DNA of 64,000 nt, from NCBI GenBank assembly GCA_904063045.1, contig CAJFCJ010000006.1, positions 1,461,745 through 1,525,744 of the forward strand, read 5' to 3'. Made by a program: the position numbers and the translations under genes. Shown in pieces: positions 12,267-23,766 of this stretch. A model generated the notes under the pieces. That model did not search any database and had not been told where the DNA came from. It was given only the letters and a program-made list of their open reading frames with translations. The stretch's first letter is position 1. The number at the start of each line of letters is the position of its first letter. This DNA comes from Dimorphilus gyrociliatus (taxonomy: Eukaryota > Animalia > Annelida).

Positions 12267-14567
12267 ATGGCTCTCCCAATACAAAGTACGGAAGTAAGCA
12301 TAGAAGCTCTACAGGAATATCCAATACAAAGTTTTCAATATGATGGAAAGGAAATTTCAACTGAGTTAGTAGACTTTTTAAGTAATTACAATTTGATTTC
12401 GACAAGTTCATCTTTTATCGCTCCGCAGGCCTCTTTCTATGTCGGAAAACTTGAGCAGGTTAGCAGAAAGAATAGACTTCACATCAGATGGCGGAGAAAA
12501 TGTTAATGAAAAAAACAAAGAAGAAGCTCCTGCAACATTTCAAACAAGTTCGTGGCCTTGGGAATCGGTCAGAAATAAACTTCGGTAAATATTCCCGCTT
12601 GAAAAATTATTCTTAATAATTACGCTTGTAAAAAATGCATTTCCCAGCTCTGCGTTGACAGAAACAAGCGTTTTGTTGGATATATTAACTATTGCTCGAG
12701 ATAGACGATATATGTCTATTGAAAGTATAAATAATGAAGTGCCAGATACTAGGATTCCCCTGAATTTAATTTCAAAGAAAAAAGGACTGAATTCAGCTGC
12801 ACAGATTATTCAAGATGGTATAGATAGAATGAGAAAAACACTCCAAGAGCAGCAATCTAGATCAATGGATTTTCATCAGGAACTATACAATATGAGGCAG
12901 AGGGATGGATGGAAACTTCGTAAAGTCGGAAATACTATAATTGGAGATCTCAGTTACAAGTCAGGTAATCATTATACTGAGACTTAACTTTGGAAATTTT
13001 ATAGATAAAATAAACTTTTTTATTAGCCGGCTCTCGGTACACTGCCCAAGGGACTTTCGAAGTAAAAAAGAGTGAAGATGAGGATGCAACCCACGAAGGA
13101 ACAAGTCAATCACCAGGAAGGGCACCCCCGCAAATAAATAGCTCTATTCAAGTGTCAGTACCAACAGAATTGGAGGGATTTGTGTATATATATGCTTCTC
13201 TGATAAAAGATGATGGTTTGTATAACCCAGAGGCTATGAACTGTCACATTCTGTAATTGAATTCAAATTAAAAATAGGTAAACTTAACTTCTCCGATCTA
13301 AGTTCTTGCTCACCGCCTATTCAGTACGCTCGCATTGGAAAACAATCTTGGCAAACACATCTAGACAATGCTCAATATGTTATATTTTGTAAAGAAATTT
13401 TTCATCAGTTATCTCGAGAAGCTATAACTATGAAATTTCCTCTTCCGAATGTTGTCGTTGGTGATCAAGTCCTATGTCATGTAAGGATGAAACCATGAAA
13501 AATTTCGTGACCTAAAACAGCTTTTCCCTTTCAGTTATATGACGATGTCAAGTTAATTATAGCAATGTGTCGGACGTTACCAGATGAAGATGATTTAGGC
13601 CGTGTCAGATCAAATTTTACACCGACTCGACATTTCGTACGACCAACTTATTCATATGTTCTTGAGCATAATTTACATCAACTGTTGCGAGAGATCCATT
13701 CCCGAACAGCAACACTTCCTCTTCCTCATCCAATTACAGGTCATATTGGAGCAACAAAAAGGAGAAGATTGGCTGGCCCCTACGCTTTTGGAAAGATAGA
13801 ATTGGAAGAGGCTATGCCATCAATTTCTCTTTTGCAACAAATTATTATACAATCAAAACACTACTATCTTCATACTTTGGTAACATCAGTATTGGATGAT
13901 ATAGCTAAAGAACACATCGATCCCCAAATAATTGTTCATCATGGTGCAATAGGAACTGCTCATCAGTCAATGATAAGAGTATTTATATTTAACAGCTTTT
14001 CTGAAACAACACGATGCTGCTTGTTATTCAAAATTGAGAGTGACATCTTAAAGTGTGTCTCTGGCAATAGTGTTTTTGTAGTAAACAGAGACGCTCAAAT
14101 GATCAGAAATATTTTAGAAGAACAAATTTGTCATCATAAACTCAATTCTATTACACTTGCGATCAGGCTTACAAATTGGAATATTCTTTCTCAGCAATCG
14201 TATATTCCTGTTCGATTTCATGACGACATGAAATTTGGTGGTAAGCCTGGTTATGTTCTTGTGGCTAGTCCTAACAGAAGAAGGTAATGTCTATAACTTT
14301 CTTATGCTAAAACTTAATATTCCTAATTTATATAGGGTGTTACTCGTTACCTGCTATCCGAAGCAAAAATGTACAGTATCTCTACAACGAACGTCAACCG
14401 GAACGTTAAGTGACTTAATAACTGAAGAAAAATGGCACGATCTGAGTGGTAATTTTGAAGAAATTGACTTGAATTGTATGGATTTTACCCATTCCAGTTG
14501 TTTCGCTACTAGAATGGAAGCTCTTATGTGCTGTTTGGAAAAAGAAACTCAGACAAATTTTTATTAA
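12267..14567 (+). CDS. MED17: Mediator complex subunit 17 (multi-exon)
   Basis: Spliced segments VSIEALQE...YDGKE, PLSMSENLSRLAERIDF, WPWESVRNKLR.ALTETSVLLDIL, IIGDLSYKSAGS and C-terminal MEALMCCL match MED17. Confidence 0.92.
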
Positions 14568-14599
14568 ATTATTGAGTAAAAATACTTTAGAATTTATTT

Positions 14600-16444
14600 T
14601 TATTCTTTCTTTGGTCTAAACCGGATATGTGGTACTTTTAAATTGTTGGTACCAAGTAAACAAGAGAAATTTAAACTTGAGGTCTTATGTAGTTTCTTAT
14701 AGACAGAATATCGGTAATTTTCAGCAATAGAAAAATCTTTTTCCTTAAAATCCTGAACAATCTACTAATAACAAAAGCATTAACTTTTAATTTAAGCCTA
14801 TTCACGTCTTGAAAAATCCCATTTGTTATTTGCAGGTAATGTATTGCTTTCTGGGTTTTGAATTGCTTCTGCAACAAACTTTGTATTAATCGGCTTTAAG
14901 TTGACGTTAGTTGGGTAATAGCTTTGAGACTAAGTCGTGTACAGGATATAAAAATCCTAAAGTACTTTTTTTTATATACAATTTGATGAACTCAAGCGGA
15001 ATTCTCCACTTATTTATTGAAATTTTATTCAGCATATTTCAATTTTAACCTCACTTAGGACTCTCTTTCAGTTGTATTCTAGCTTTTTTATCGACAAGAA
15101 TAAGAAGATTAAATACGTAAGGACTGCTGAGAACAAATTAAAAATACAATACTTTAAATGATGGAAATGCAATATATTAAGTTCAGAATATTTTGAAGAG
15201 ATTTCAATTATCAATTGTTAATTTTTATTATAGCGTTTTGGTGTGAATTATATTTGTCTTAAAGAAATCCTTAAAAATTCTGACTCAGTCCAAATAAGCG
15301 TATAACAATGAACTTGGGTACCCACTACGACTCCTTCAAGCCCTGTAGATTAATAGCATACCTGTACCTGAGCCGCGAACCAGGCAGCTGTCACGTGATT
15401 AACAACGATAAAAGTCTATCTAGAAACAGCTCCACCGTGATTAGTCTATTAAATACAGAAATAATTGATATGATTAGTTTGAGAAAAGTGAATGCTTATA
15501 GCATCATTACATTTATGTTGTAATTTTAATAATTTGATTGGCAACATGTAGTAAAGAGACAATAATTGCTTATTAGCACCTTAAATAAATTCATCATTGA
15601 TCGAATTTAGCTTTGACAGAATCATAGTTGAACTGTAGTGTTTTATTATATCATTTTAATAAATTATTCTAGAATGAGCTGACTTACTTAAAGACAAATG
15701 CTAAAATTTCCTACTTCATTGTTTGATGAAAAATTTAAGATATTCACTATGGTATTTTAGGCAGGTATTTAAAAAGAATTTCTGAATCACATATAAAAGC
15801 AAGCGAACTTTTTTTTGTTAAATAAAGAGCATTTGAAGATGCATTTGCATAAATGTGTGCGTACTTTCCTTTCTTCGAATACCAGTTTTTTAGTGCTCCT
15901 AGCGGGATTTAGAGAGACCCCGTCACGACCCCAAGATGGCGAATCGCTATAAAATGGTTAAGAAATTTCGTTTAAATCGCTGTTTATAAACCAATTTAAA
16001 CTGACTGATGCTATTGGACCGGGGTTCTATAAGAAGGACAAATATTTAGCGAAAGTAACTGAAAATCTGAGCGAAAATGACTAAATTTCGAGAGAGGTAA
16101 AATTTAATTCTAATTTACTTCAATATGACTGTTTAAAATGGCGGCGTTCCCGGGCGTTCACATTTGATTTGAATGAAAAATCGATTTTAATGCAGCCTAT
16201 TGCAGTATTGGTTTAAATTGAAAGTTTTCTAGACTTATTTTAACAAACGAATAGTTGATTTACTTAAGAAAACAATATATACTTGTTTACGCTTACTTAC
16301 ATTCAATAGAAACAGACCACGTGTTTTGATACCCATTATCATTAACGTAAAATTTTTAATACTCTTAGTAATATATTTTGAATGAAGTTTGCTACTATCT
16401 TTGATGTAATCAGACTTTTCACCTGTTGGCGATGTAGACGTCAT
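14600..16444 (-). CDS. Unresolved multi-exon hypothetical gene
   Basis: A last exon at 14761-14600 reads IVQDFKEKDFSIAENYRYSVYKKLHKTSSLNFSCLLGTNNLKVPHIRFRPKKE*. It joins a preceding exon (LIQSLLQKQFK...GIFQD) across a 44-nt GT-AG intron. A possible first exon starts at ATG 16444. The middle exons could not be joined consistently. Confidence 0.35.
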
Positions 16445-17026
16445 TTTACAATTTTACCTGGCGTTTAATATTGCTAAGTGAATCATGAATATAAAAATGC
16501 GCTTTCAGCTAGTCTATATTGGTACGATGAATGTTAATAAGACGAATATTGAAATGAATCAACAGATGTCGCTTCGCAACGATTATGATAATATTTTCAT
16601 GCAGACGCATGTATGGACAGGTGTATTAGCAACTGTAGGCCAGTTGTATAGATAATTGACGAGATTTCGATTAATTATGGAGTGCGTTCTTTGAAAGGGT
16701 TTGTCGATTTTTTTTGCGTCAATCGCCCACAACTTGGATTCACTCTTGTACTTGAATCATTCAATATTCTTTTCAACACCCCGCTGGCGGTTATTATTGT
16801 TCGCGATTATAGAAAAAAAATTAGCATAGTAATAATCATAATTTTTTCCTGCTGTAAAAGCAGGAAGCGGAGAGTTTTGTGCGCACAGAAGTCTTACTAG
16901 ACAACCAAGTCTCCTTTGATGCTCCTAATTATTAGCTGATGTAGGCCCAATAAACCGTTAATGGAATTATATGATGCGTAAGTAGTTACACACATATGTT
17001 TAAATTTTTTTTTTCCATTACAGTAG

Positions 17027-18836
17027 AAACCCGAGAAAGAATGATAACAAAGATTTACGACGAGAAAAAACGATGGAGCTCATTCGACAGCAAGAAGCTC
17101 AGGTTGGTTGTCAATATCGGGCGTCAATTTTTAGCACGTGATTGCGGCGTTTGTTTTCATATTGACGTAAACTCGCTACTGACATTCATTATAGGGTCTA
17201 TGTTATAAAGACTGCAACATAGTGTAAAGCTGTAACATAAAAATGATTAGTTAGCTATTGATCGAAATATTCTGTATGTAATATAACATTAGTTACGATG
17301 TATTATTTATGTGTAACTATACATTGCAGCGTCTGTAGCGTAAAGAGGATTGGCGTGAAGGCTTTTAACGTTTTTTTTATAACCGCTTTCTTCCTGTATA
17401 TATTGACCCGCTAACGTACCATACTCGTCTGATTGACAGTTGTATTGAGTCGTCTTTGAATAATAGGTTGCCAGTACCATTAATAGTCGTATATTTTATT
17501 ACCCATAAGAACGTTTAATACTGAAAAAAAATAGAATAACACAACCAGCGCTGCAGTCGTTCTGTTTGTTTATCGATTTTGTTTGTCAGTGAAGAGAGAT
17601 GTTGGTTCTGGTTGTGATCGGAATAGGCGTAGTAGAATAATGGACGCCACGGCGTCTATAGGCGGCTTATATCGGTTCGCCTTCGGGACGCTTTTAGACG
17701 CGGTGCGCGTTGCCTTGCAGGTTTTCTCTTGTCGTGCTCTGCCACATTGATTTTTGCAGTTGGCGCAGTCGCTCTGCAACATTTTTGCTCAGTCTAGCCT
17801 GTCTCTGCGTCACTACACTGTGTGCTCTTGCTTTTTTTTTTAGCTAAGCAGTGCATTACAGGATACTGTCACTAGTGGTTTGTCTTTATATTTTTTAAAA
17901 TATTTTTATGTTTTTACATTCTTAAAACATATTGCAAACTGGAATGATTTTTTCATTTTGATCAGTTTGCTGTCTGACGTCACGCGTGAGTTGCGTAGCG
18001 ACGCATCTGTCTTTGCCTAGGTTGTGTGTCTTTATTGCAAGGTCGTTATTAGATTAGAATTTGTTTGTTGCAGAAAGCGTTGGAAACGTATGAATTATGG
18101 AAAACGGTCAGTGAGCGAGAAAGGGAAGAGCGGACTGACAGGAATGCCAGAAAGATAGCTTTACAACACAAACTGATTTCGGCTAGGGATGAATTATTTA
18201 AGCGTAAAATTGAAGAAAAAGAGAACACAGAGATTCAGGTACGTCGATTTTTTCTTTATTGTTCAATTCAAGTTCAATCGGGTGTAAGTCGCATAATTCT
18301 GCCTCTCTGTATTGTTAACGGTAATTTTGTACAGCGACCTATCCTAGAGTTGATGAATCGACGTTTTCGCTAGTCGATCAATAAATGGATTTTAATGAAA
18401 AAATGCGTAATATACAATTAGAATTGGGGATGCTGTAAAAGTCTGAATAGGATTTATTATGTAGCAAGAGGACGTGCGTCGACGTTCTAATCGCCCACTG
18501 CTTATTGTTTTAAAATCGACAATATTCTACTGTTGAGTTTTCTAGGCGCATATGTTGAATCGATTTTAATAGTGTGTCGGCTAGAATACGATCGAAACTT
18601 TGCTCAATAGCGGCTTTCGACCATTTTCTAACAAGGACGTGTAAACAAGGCGGAATAGACTATATGTTATATTGCGAGCAATAGTGCCTTGATATCCTTT
18701 TGGGAGCATGGATTAAGTAAGAAAATTTAATTAGGCTAAACGAATGATTAAAGATCTGAATGAAGCGACACGTGTAGGATTCAGTTTTTTGCTCATTAAA
18801 CGCATAAACACACATTCGCGTTATTTATAGAAACAG

Positions 18837-18873
<37 letters not shown>

Positions 18874-20431
18874 TATTCATTCAAACGCAGACATTTTTAA
18901 CCCGATTTTACAGGTGTAGAATTGTGTAGAGGCATTCCTTACATCTGCCGCAGTTTGTGTCTTGTTTCGGATTTTTTAAGTTCTATTGTTTTCCGGTGAA
19001 AGTGACGTCACTGTCCAGTGCGCTTTGGAGCGTAGCGACAGGTGTCGCTCAGGTTCGTTTAGCGGGCGCCAGTTGTTGGTCGGCTGTTGTGACGTCAACA
19101 TAGCGGATTTTTTATGCTTTACTTTGTAAACACTATGGATCGTTTCTTTACCCGTATATTTAATAGTAATTTACTCAGGTAAGTAAGGTGAATACTTCTG
19201 GTCTAGCTGTCGGCCGTCCGTCTGGTCTCTTGTGGTGGCAGAGTTTCCTATGAACATATCTAGCACCACATGAAATCAGTGCTGTCGGTTCGATCACAAC
19301 TGCAAAACGTACTGTTGAGTGTGAACAAGTTACGGATAATAGTTGATTAGTCTTCGTTGAAATACAAATGTGGCACGTTTGAATGGTTTAAGTAAGTATT
19401 TGAATAACATTCGATTAGGCCTGTGTGTACATAAGGCTCAGGACTTCTGAAGGAAAAGACAGTAAAAAAAACGCCACCTAGTGGTCGATGAAAGCTCTAA
19501 ACGGCGGGAATGTACGACAATCATTATAGTGCGTGGTTTAGGCGAAACCACACCCAATTGAGAAAACGTAATGCGATGACTGCTTTCTTATGGTGGTTAT
19601 GTATACTTATCGTAATAGCACCATATGAAATCAGGTCTTGCGCTACGATCAACGCGGTCAATAAACGCCTTTGTTGTTGGCATTGAGCAGCTTGTTGGGT
19701 AACTAGGCAGCGGCGGACCATAAGCTTTTTACGCAAATTGATCGCGTTTTGTCGACGTAGCGCTTTTAATTATTCATGTGGCTATATTTTCGCGTCTCTT
19801 TTACATGAAGTTGCCGATATGTTGATTGATTAATTTGTTAAAGTTTGATGATTTCAGAAACGAGATGAGGAAAAGCAGAAGAAGGCAGATCTTGCAAAAT
19901 CGTTACAGGACATATGCAGAAAATCCATAGGTAAGAAAATTTCAAAGCGCTTCATCGTTTTTATTGTGTTTTTCTGCTTCATATTTTTTATGGGTTTTAG
20001 AGGAGGATAAAAGGCGTAAATTTATCAAAAAAAGGGCTGAGAACTCAGCAATACCACGGAAACAAGACATTGTTCGAAATTCGTCAGGCAACGCGTCCAC
20101 CAAATCGAAGGAAACGGCCTCGTCACAAGTCGACGCTAAAATCGATCAAACGCCTTCTAGTTTGCCACCGCAAACTGACGCCGAATTGGAAGAATTACTC
20201 GACCGAGTAAGGCTAAGGGCGAAAACGACAATCGAGGAAGAAGAAGAAGACGAATATGCAGAAACACCGGATAGCATTGCCTGGTTCGCAAAGCAATTAT
20301 ATGGATTGATGGGAGAAGAAGCGGATTATTTTTTGCATCCGAAAATGGCGCAACGAGTCAGCAAGCCGGTTAATCCGAAATTGCACGCTCAAGGAGGTGA
20401 GTTGCCTGCCTTTCGATCGATAAAGACGTGA
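17027..20431 (+). CDS. Charged coiled-coil hypothetical protein (exons 17027-17102, 18074-18238, 19858-19930, 20001-20431; possible ATG exon 16077-16096); miR-29 host
   Basis: Phase-consistent GT-AG exons give ELIRQQEAQ/KALETYELWK...EIQ/KRDEEKQKK...SI/EEDKRRKF...; E/K/R-rich helical composition. Family not recognised. Confidence 0.55.
18840..18870. repeat. (TA)n microsatellite, representative of many (e.g. about 9340-9370, 30860-30890, 40590-40625, 54094-54130, 55960-55990, 58175-58217, 61572-61607)
   Basis: Directly visible. Confidence 0.95.
19003..19097. promoter_or_regulatory. Pair of palindromic CRE sites (TGACGTCA at 19003 and 19090) upstream of the miR-29 hairpins
   Basis: Two perfect 8-mers 87 nt apart, followed by a strong donor CAG|GTAAGT at 19178/19179. 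Confidence 0.5.
19219..19283 (+). ncRNA. mir-29: miR-29 family pre-miRNA, copy 1 (mature 3p about 19261-19282, UAGCACCACAUGAAAUCAGUG)
   Basis: The 3p arm differs from miR-29b UAGCACCAUUUGAAAUCAGUG only at nt 9-10. The upstream arm CTGGTCTCTTGTGGTGGCAGA (19222-19242) pairs with it to form a roughly 60-nt hairpin. Confidence 0.9.
19472..19484 (-). promoter_or_regulatory. CTCF-like motif (CCACTAGGTGGCG on minus) between the two miR-29 hairpins
   Basis: Near-perfect match to the bilaterian CTCF core CCASYAGRKGGCR. Confidence 0.55.
19578..19637 (+). ncRNA. mir-29: miR-29 family pre-miRNA, copy 2 (mature 3p about 19616-19637, UAGCACCAUAUGAAAUCAGGU)
   Basis: Same seed AGCACCA and GAAAUCAG 3' half. 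The 5p arm ACTGCTTTCTTATGGTGGTTAT (19579-19600) is complementary. Confidence 0.9.
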
Positions 20432-21494
20432 GGAATTGGCGTGACTTGTTGCTAGATAAATTTAGTTTTCTCTGTTTAATTTCGATTACCTGTGTATATC
20501 TGCATACATTTGCGTATGCATACAGGTTAGCATTGCGTAGAAACGGCCACCGAATTCTCATACATATATAATTATCTGCATATCACCGACGTTATATGCG
20601 CTCCCACCTATTTTAATATATAATTTAGACGTGAAAATGTACGTGCCAAACGTAAAATATATATATTTAATATAAATATATAAGCATATATATAGAATAT
20701 ATATATTGGTATATAAACCTATATATTTTTTTGTCAAAAAATATTTTTATGTCAAATATTACTTGTTAAGTGGTAAACGAGAATACTCCTCTTTCGCTTA
20801 ACATATCACCATATCGTATATTCTCTAGGTAGGTTCGTAAAGCGTTTCTATGGAGACGTCTTTAGGATGCTAAGTATACTTAGTTTTGATTTCAAAAGAA
20901 CTATATATACTGTATATGTGTCATATGCTCTCTTAACTGTATTTGGAGACTGAATTTGACTCGAGTTTCTTTGTTATGACAATCGCATAGATGTATGAAA
21001 ACTAAGCAGAGCTTCCGGTTTTTCTCCAATCGATGTGGATGTTGAGTAAACATATAACACGTAATGCTTATAGTGCATGGTGAAATATTGCTTTTGTATT
21101 AAGATGTACGCCGAGAAATTTTGGCCCTTTAGGAAAAAATAATTTGTAAAATACTATATACTTCAATATACTTGACTTCTATATAGAGAATGTATTTCCA
21201 TTAAATTTAATTAAGGTCTAATTTACTTTTACGTGATCTTGCTAGCTCAATTAACGCAAATTAGACGTCGCTATCGGAACGCTCTGGTGTTTCATACCTA
21301 TCGCGACATTGATTTTAGTCTCTCAGCGTCGCTCTTTATTTTTCACCCCAATCGTTAAACCGGGCAAAAGCTTAGTGAAATGTAAATAAAAGAGGTGTGG
21401 ACGTATTTTTGTGTAATATTTGCCTTGGCCTGTTTGCGTAAGAAAGTAGTAAAACGAGGTTGAGAATTAGCATGTATTCCTTTTTTTTTTCAAG

Positions 21495-22828
21495 GAGAAT
21501 CGGGTGTTAAAAAGTTATGGGGAACTTTGCGCAACGAATCAAAAAAGAAGTTAATGGAGGAAGATGAGACTATTCCGCGGGAATTAAAGGTTAGTTTCAT
21601 CACAATGTTACCTATTCTCCACAGGTTTTCACAGATGTTTCATAACAGATGGCATATAGCGCTTTCGTTCGGGAATCTCTAACTAAGGATTGGAAACCGG
21701 TTAAGAGAAATTTCTTTAAGAAGGACGACGTGCCACAAATGCTGCAGTTGATCGATACAAGTAGGATGGAACGGACTAACGCTAGGAAATATCGAGTTGG
21801 TTTTCAAATTGTTTACCAACGTCTAATATTTGATGACTTGTCGACGTCTAGGCAGGTCTTATGTTTCGATCGTCCAATATGAACGAAGATAAAAGCAGAG
21901 TCCTGTTGCATAATAAGGATATGACAGAGCACGACAGCGGCGAAGACGGGGTGGCTAGATTTATTCCAGATAATTATGTAAGTATTTTTTATAAGAGCAT
22001 TAACCCTGTTAATTAATTTAATTGATGTTAGACGCCAGAGGATAAACCAGAATATAAAAAGTGGCTTGTCTCAACGGAGGAGGACGATAAAAGTTTTTCA
22101 GTGGAATCCGAATTAAAACTACTGCTGTCATTAGCGAACGAGAGAGACAGAGCCACAGGTGGACGTCCAAAGATTCTACCTTCCATACACTTTCTAACAG
22201 AAAAAGAATCGACAGTCGATGGGGAATTTACCAAGCGTTGGAAAGAGGCAGATGAAAGGAAGAGGCAGGAAAAGCTAGTCAGGTAGAAGAAAATATATGC
22301 CTATTAATTTCGTCACTAATTTCCCAAAGGCGGTTTACACTGAATCGCTAACACAATCTTTGGCATCTTGTCGAATTTAAATATTTATCATCTTCTCGCC
22401 TTAAATGAGTTTTATTTTACTTACAGCCTTCGAAACTCAAACGGAAATACAGATGGAGCTATAGGTGTGTTCAATCAGCGCCCCCTCTCTGTAGAATCAA
22501 ACCGTTCTACAGAATATGAATGGATATTGACTAGGACAAATAGCTTCTTTTAGTCAATGTCGTTCTTTAAGCACTTTATTTCACTTAAATTTTATTTATT
22601 TTTAATGCATGATGAGATTTTTCACGCATGAAAATCACAACAGAAACGAATATTCGTTGCGTGATAACTGCTGAAGGAGATACATCTGAAGAAATCTGGG
22701 AGCCGTTGTCGATGAATGCCTTGATGGAGTATAGTCGACAGAGAAATGTCGCCGGAAGGGGAGGATTTACGCAGGGTTCGATGAAATATTGGAACTCAGC
22801 ACCTCTTCCAGCCATTCATTCGCAATAG
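21495..22828 (+). CDS. Hypothetical protein (about 6 short exons; start unresolved)
   Basis: Phase-consistent exons 21495-21589, 21649-about 21795, about 21854-21977, about 22032-22283, about 22427-22462 and about 22646-22828. They end in IWEPLSMNALMEYSRQRNVAGRGGFTQGSMKYW...*. Confidence 0.55.
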
Positions 22829-22939
22829 AGATGAAGATGATAAGCTTTCTTTTTGAAATATTTTACACATTGAACTGCATGCAGTGTTTATGATAGCCGT
22901 CCAAATCAGAATACACAGTATTAAACTTGTAACAAATGT

Positions 22940-23766
22940 TCATATTGGGCCTGAATTAAAATTCCCATATCGTCGTTTCCAAATTAAACCACAAATCCAA
23001 AGACAAACACAGCTCGCTAAGGCGTTTAGAGCGCTTTCCAAAATAAGATAATCCTTGACGCTTGTGATAATAACATCGCAGCCTGTTACGTTCTCATACT
23101 CGTATGAATTTTGAGGATAATTACAGATACACGTATTCTTAATGAGAACGCATCCTTTATATTTTGCAATACGACCCCCATGTAAACCTGAGTAGACGCT
23201 AGCTACTATTGTTGCTAATGAGCAGAGGAAGCTTGTAGACGTAGAAAGAAACTGCAAAAATAGTTTGAAGAGGCGATTAGTTATTGGATTATTGATTTTT
23301 TGTTGATTAAAAACCTTGGCTAAGCACGATTTGACCGTATGCTTAAATTTTGCAGTTTCTGTAATGCAGTAGAAAATTCCACAAAGGGAAGCGAGTAAAA
23401 GCTATAAAAGATAAATGAAATATGGATGATGTTATGTTACAAACATTTTACTAACCGGGATTCCTGTCCAATAACTAGCATCCCTAAGAAGTATGCTTGA
23501 AGAGACAGTTTGTAAAAATAATCCAATAGCAATAAGGCCAACAGCTAAGGCGAACTGGAAAAATTTAAAGAATAGAACATTTGTTTACACTCAACTTTTT
23601 TACAAAACGATCTTACCTGCATGGCTACCAGGAGAAATTCGATTTTGCACCATTTCGTCTGACAAGATCGTGTCTTGTTAAAATTATGAATATTGTTGCC
23701 TTCTATCTTAGTGGTTTGGTCCACTTGTCCAATTATTAAATTTTCGTAATTGATACGATTCGACAT
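22940..23766 (-). CDS. SSPN: Sarcospan-like tetraspan membrane protein (4 exons)
   Basis: The spliced product FLLVAMQFALAVGLIAIGLFLQTVSSSILLRDASYWTGIP...CICNYP...YENVTGCDVI...LNALASCVCLWICGLIWKRRYGNF matches vertebrate sarcospan as I recall it (LLQLALG...SSSLLVRDTPFWAG...CQC...YRDVTDC...VCLLACFVMWKHRY). Confidence 0.8.

Noticed and set aside
17570-17782. Cys-containing minus-strand ORF and small hairpins in the GC-rich intron
   Set aside because: There is no splice context or domain, and the hairpins are too short for pre-miRNAs and match no family I know.
19261-19634. 19-bp direct repeat initially considered as a CRISPR-like or TE repeat
   Set aside because: There are only two copies, 355 nt apart, each with a complementary arm, which makes them miRNA paralogues. 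The context is eukaryotic with no cas genes.
19576-19686. 36-codon ORF resembling a signal peptide plus KR site (MTAFLWWLCILIV...KRLCCWH)
   Set aside because: It coincides with the miR-29 copy 2 hairpin, which explains the sequence better.
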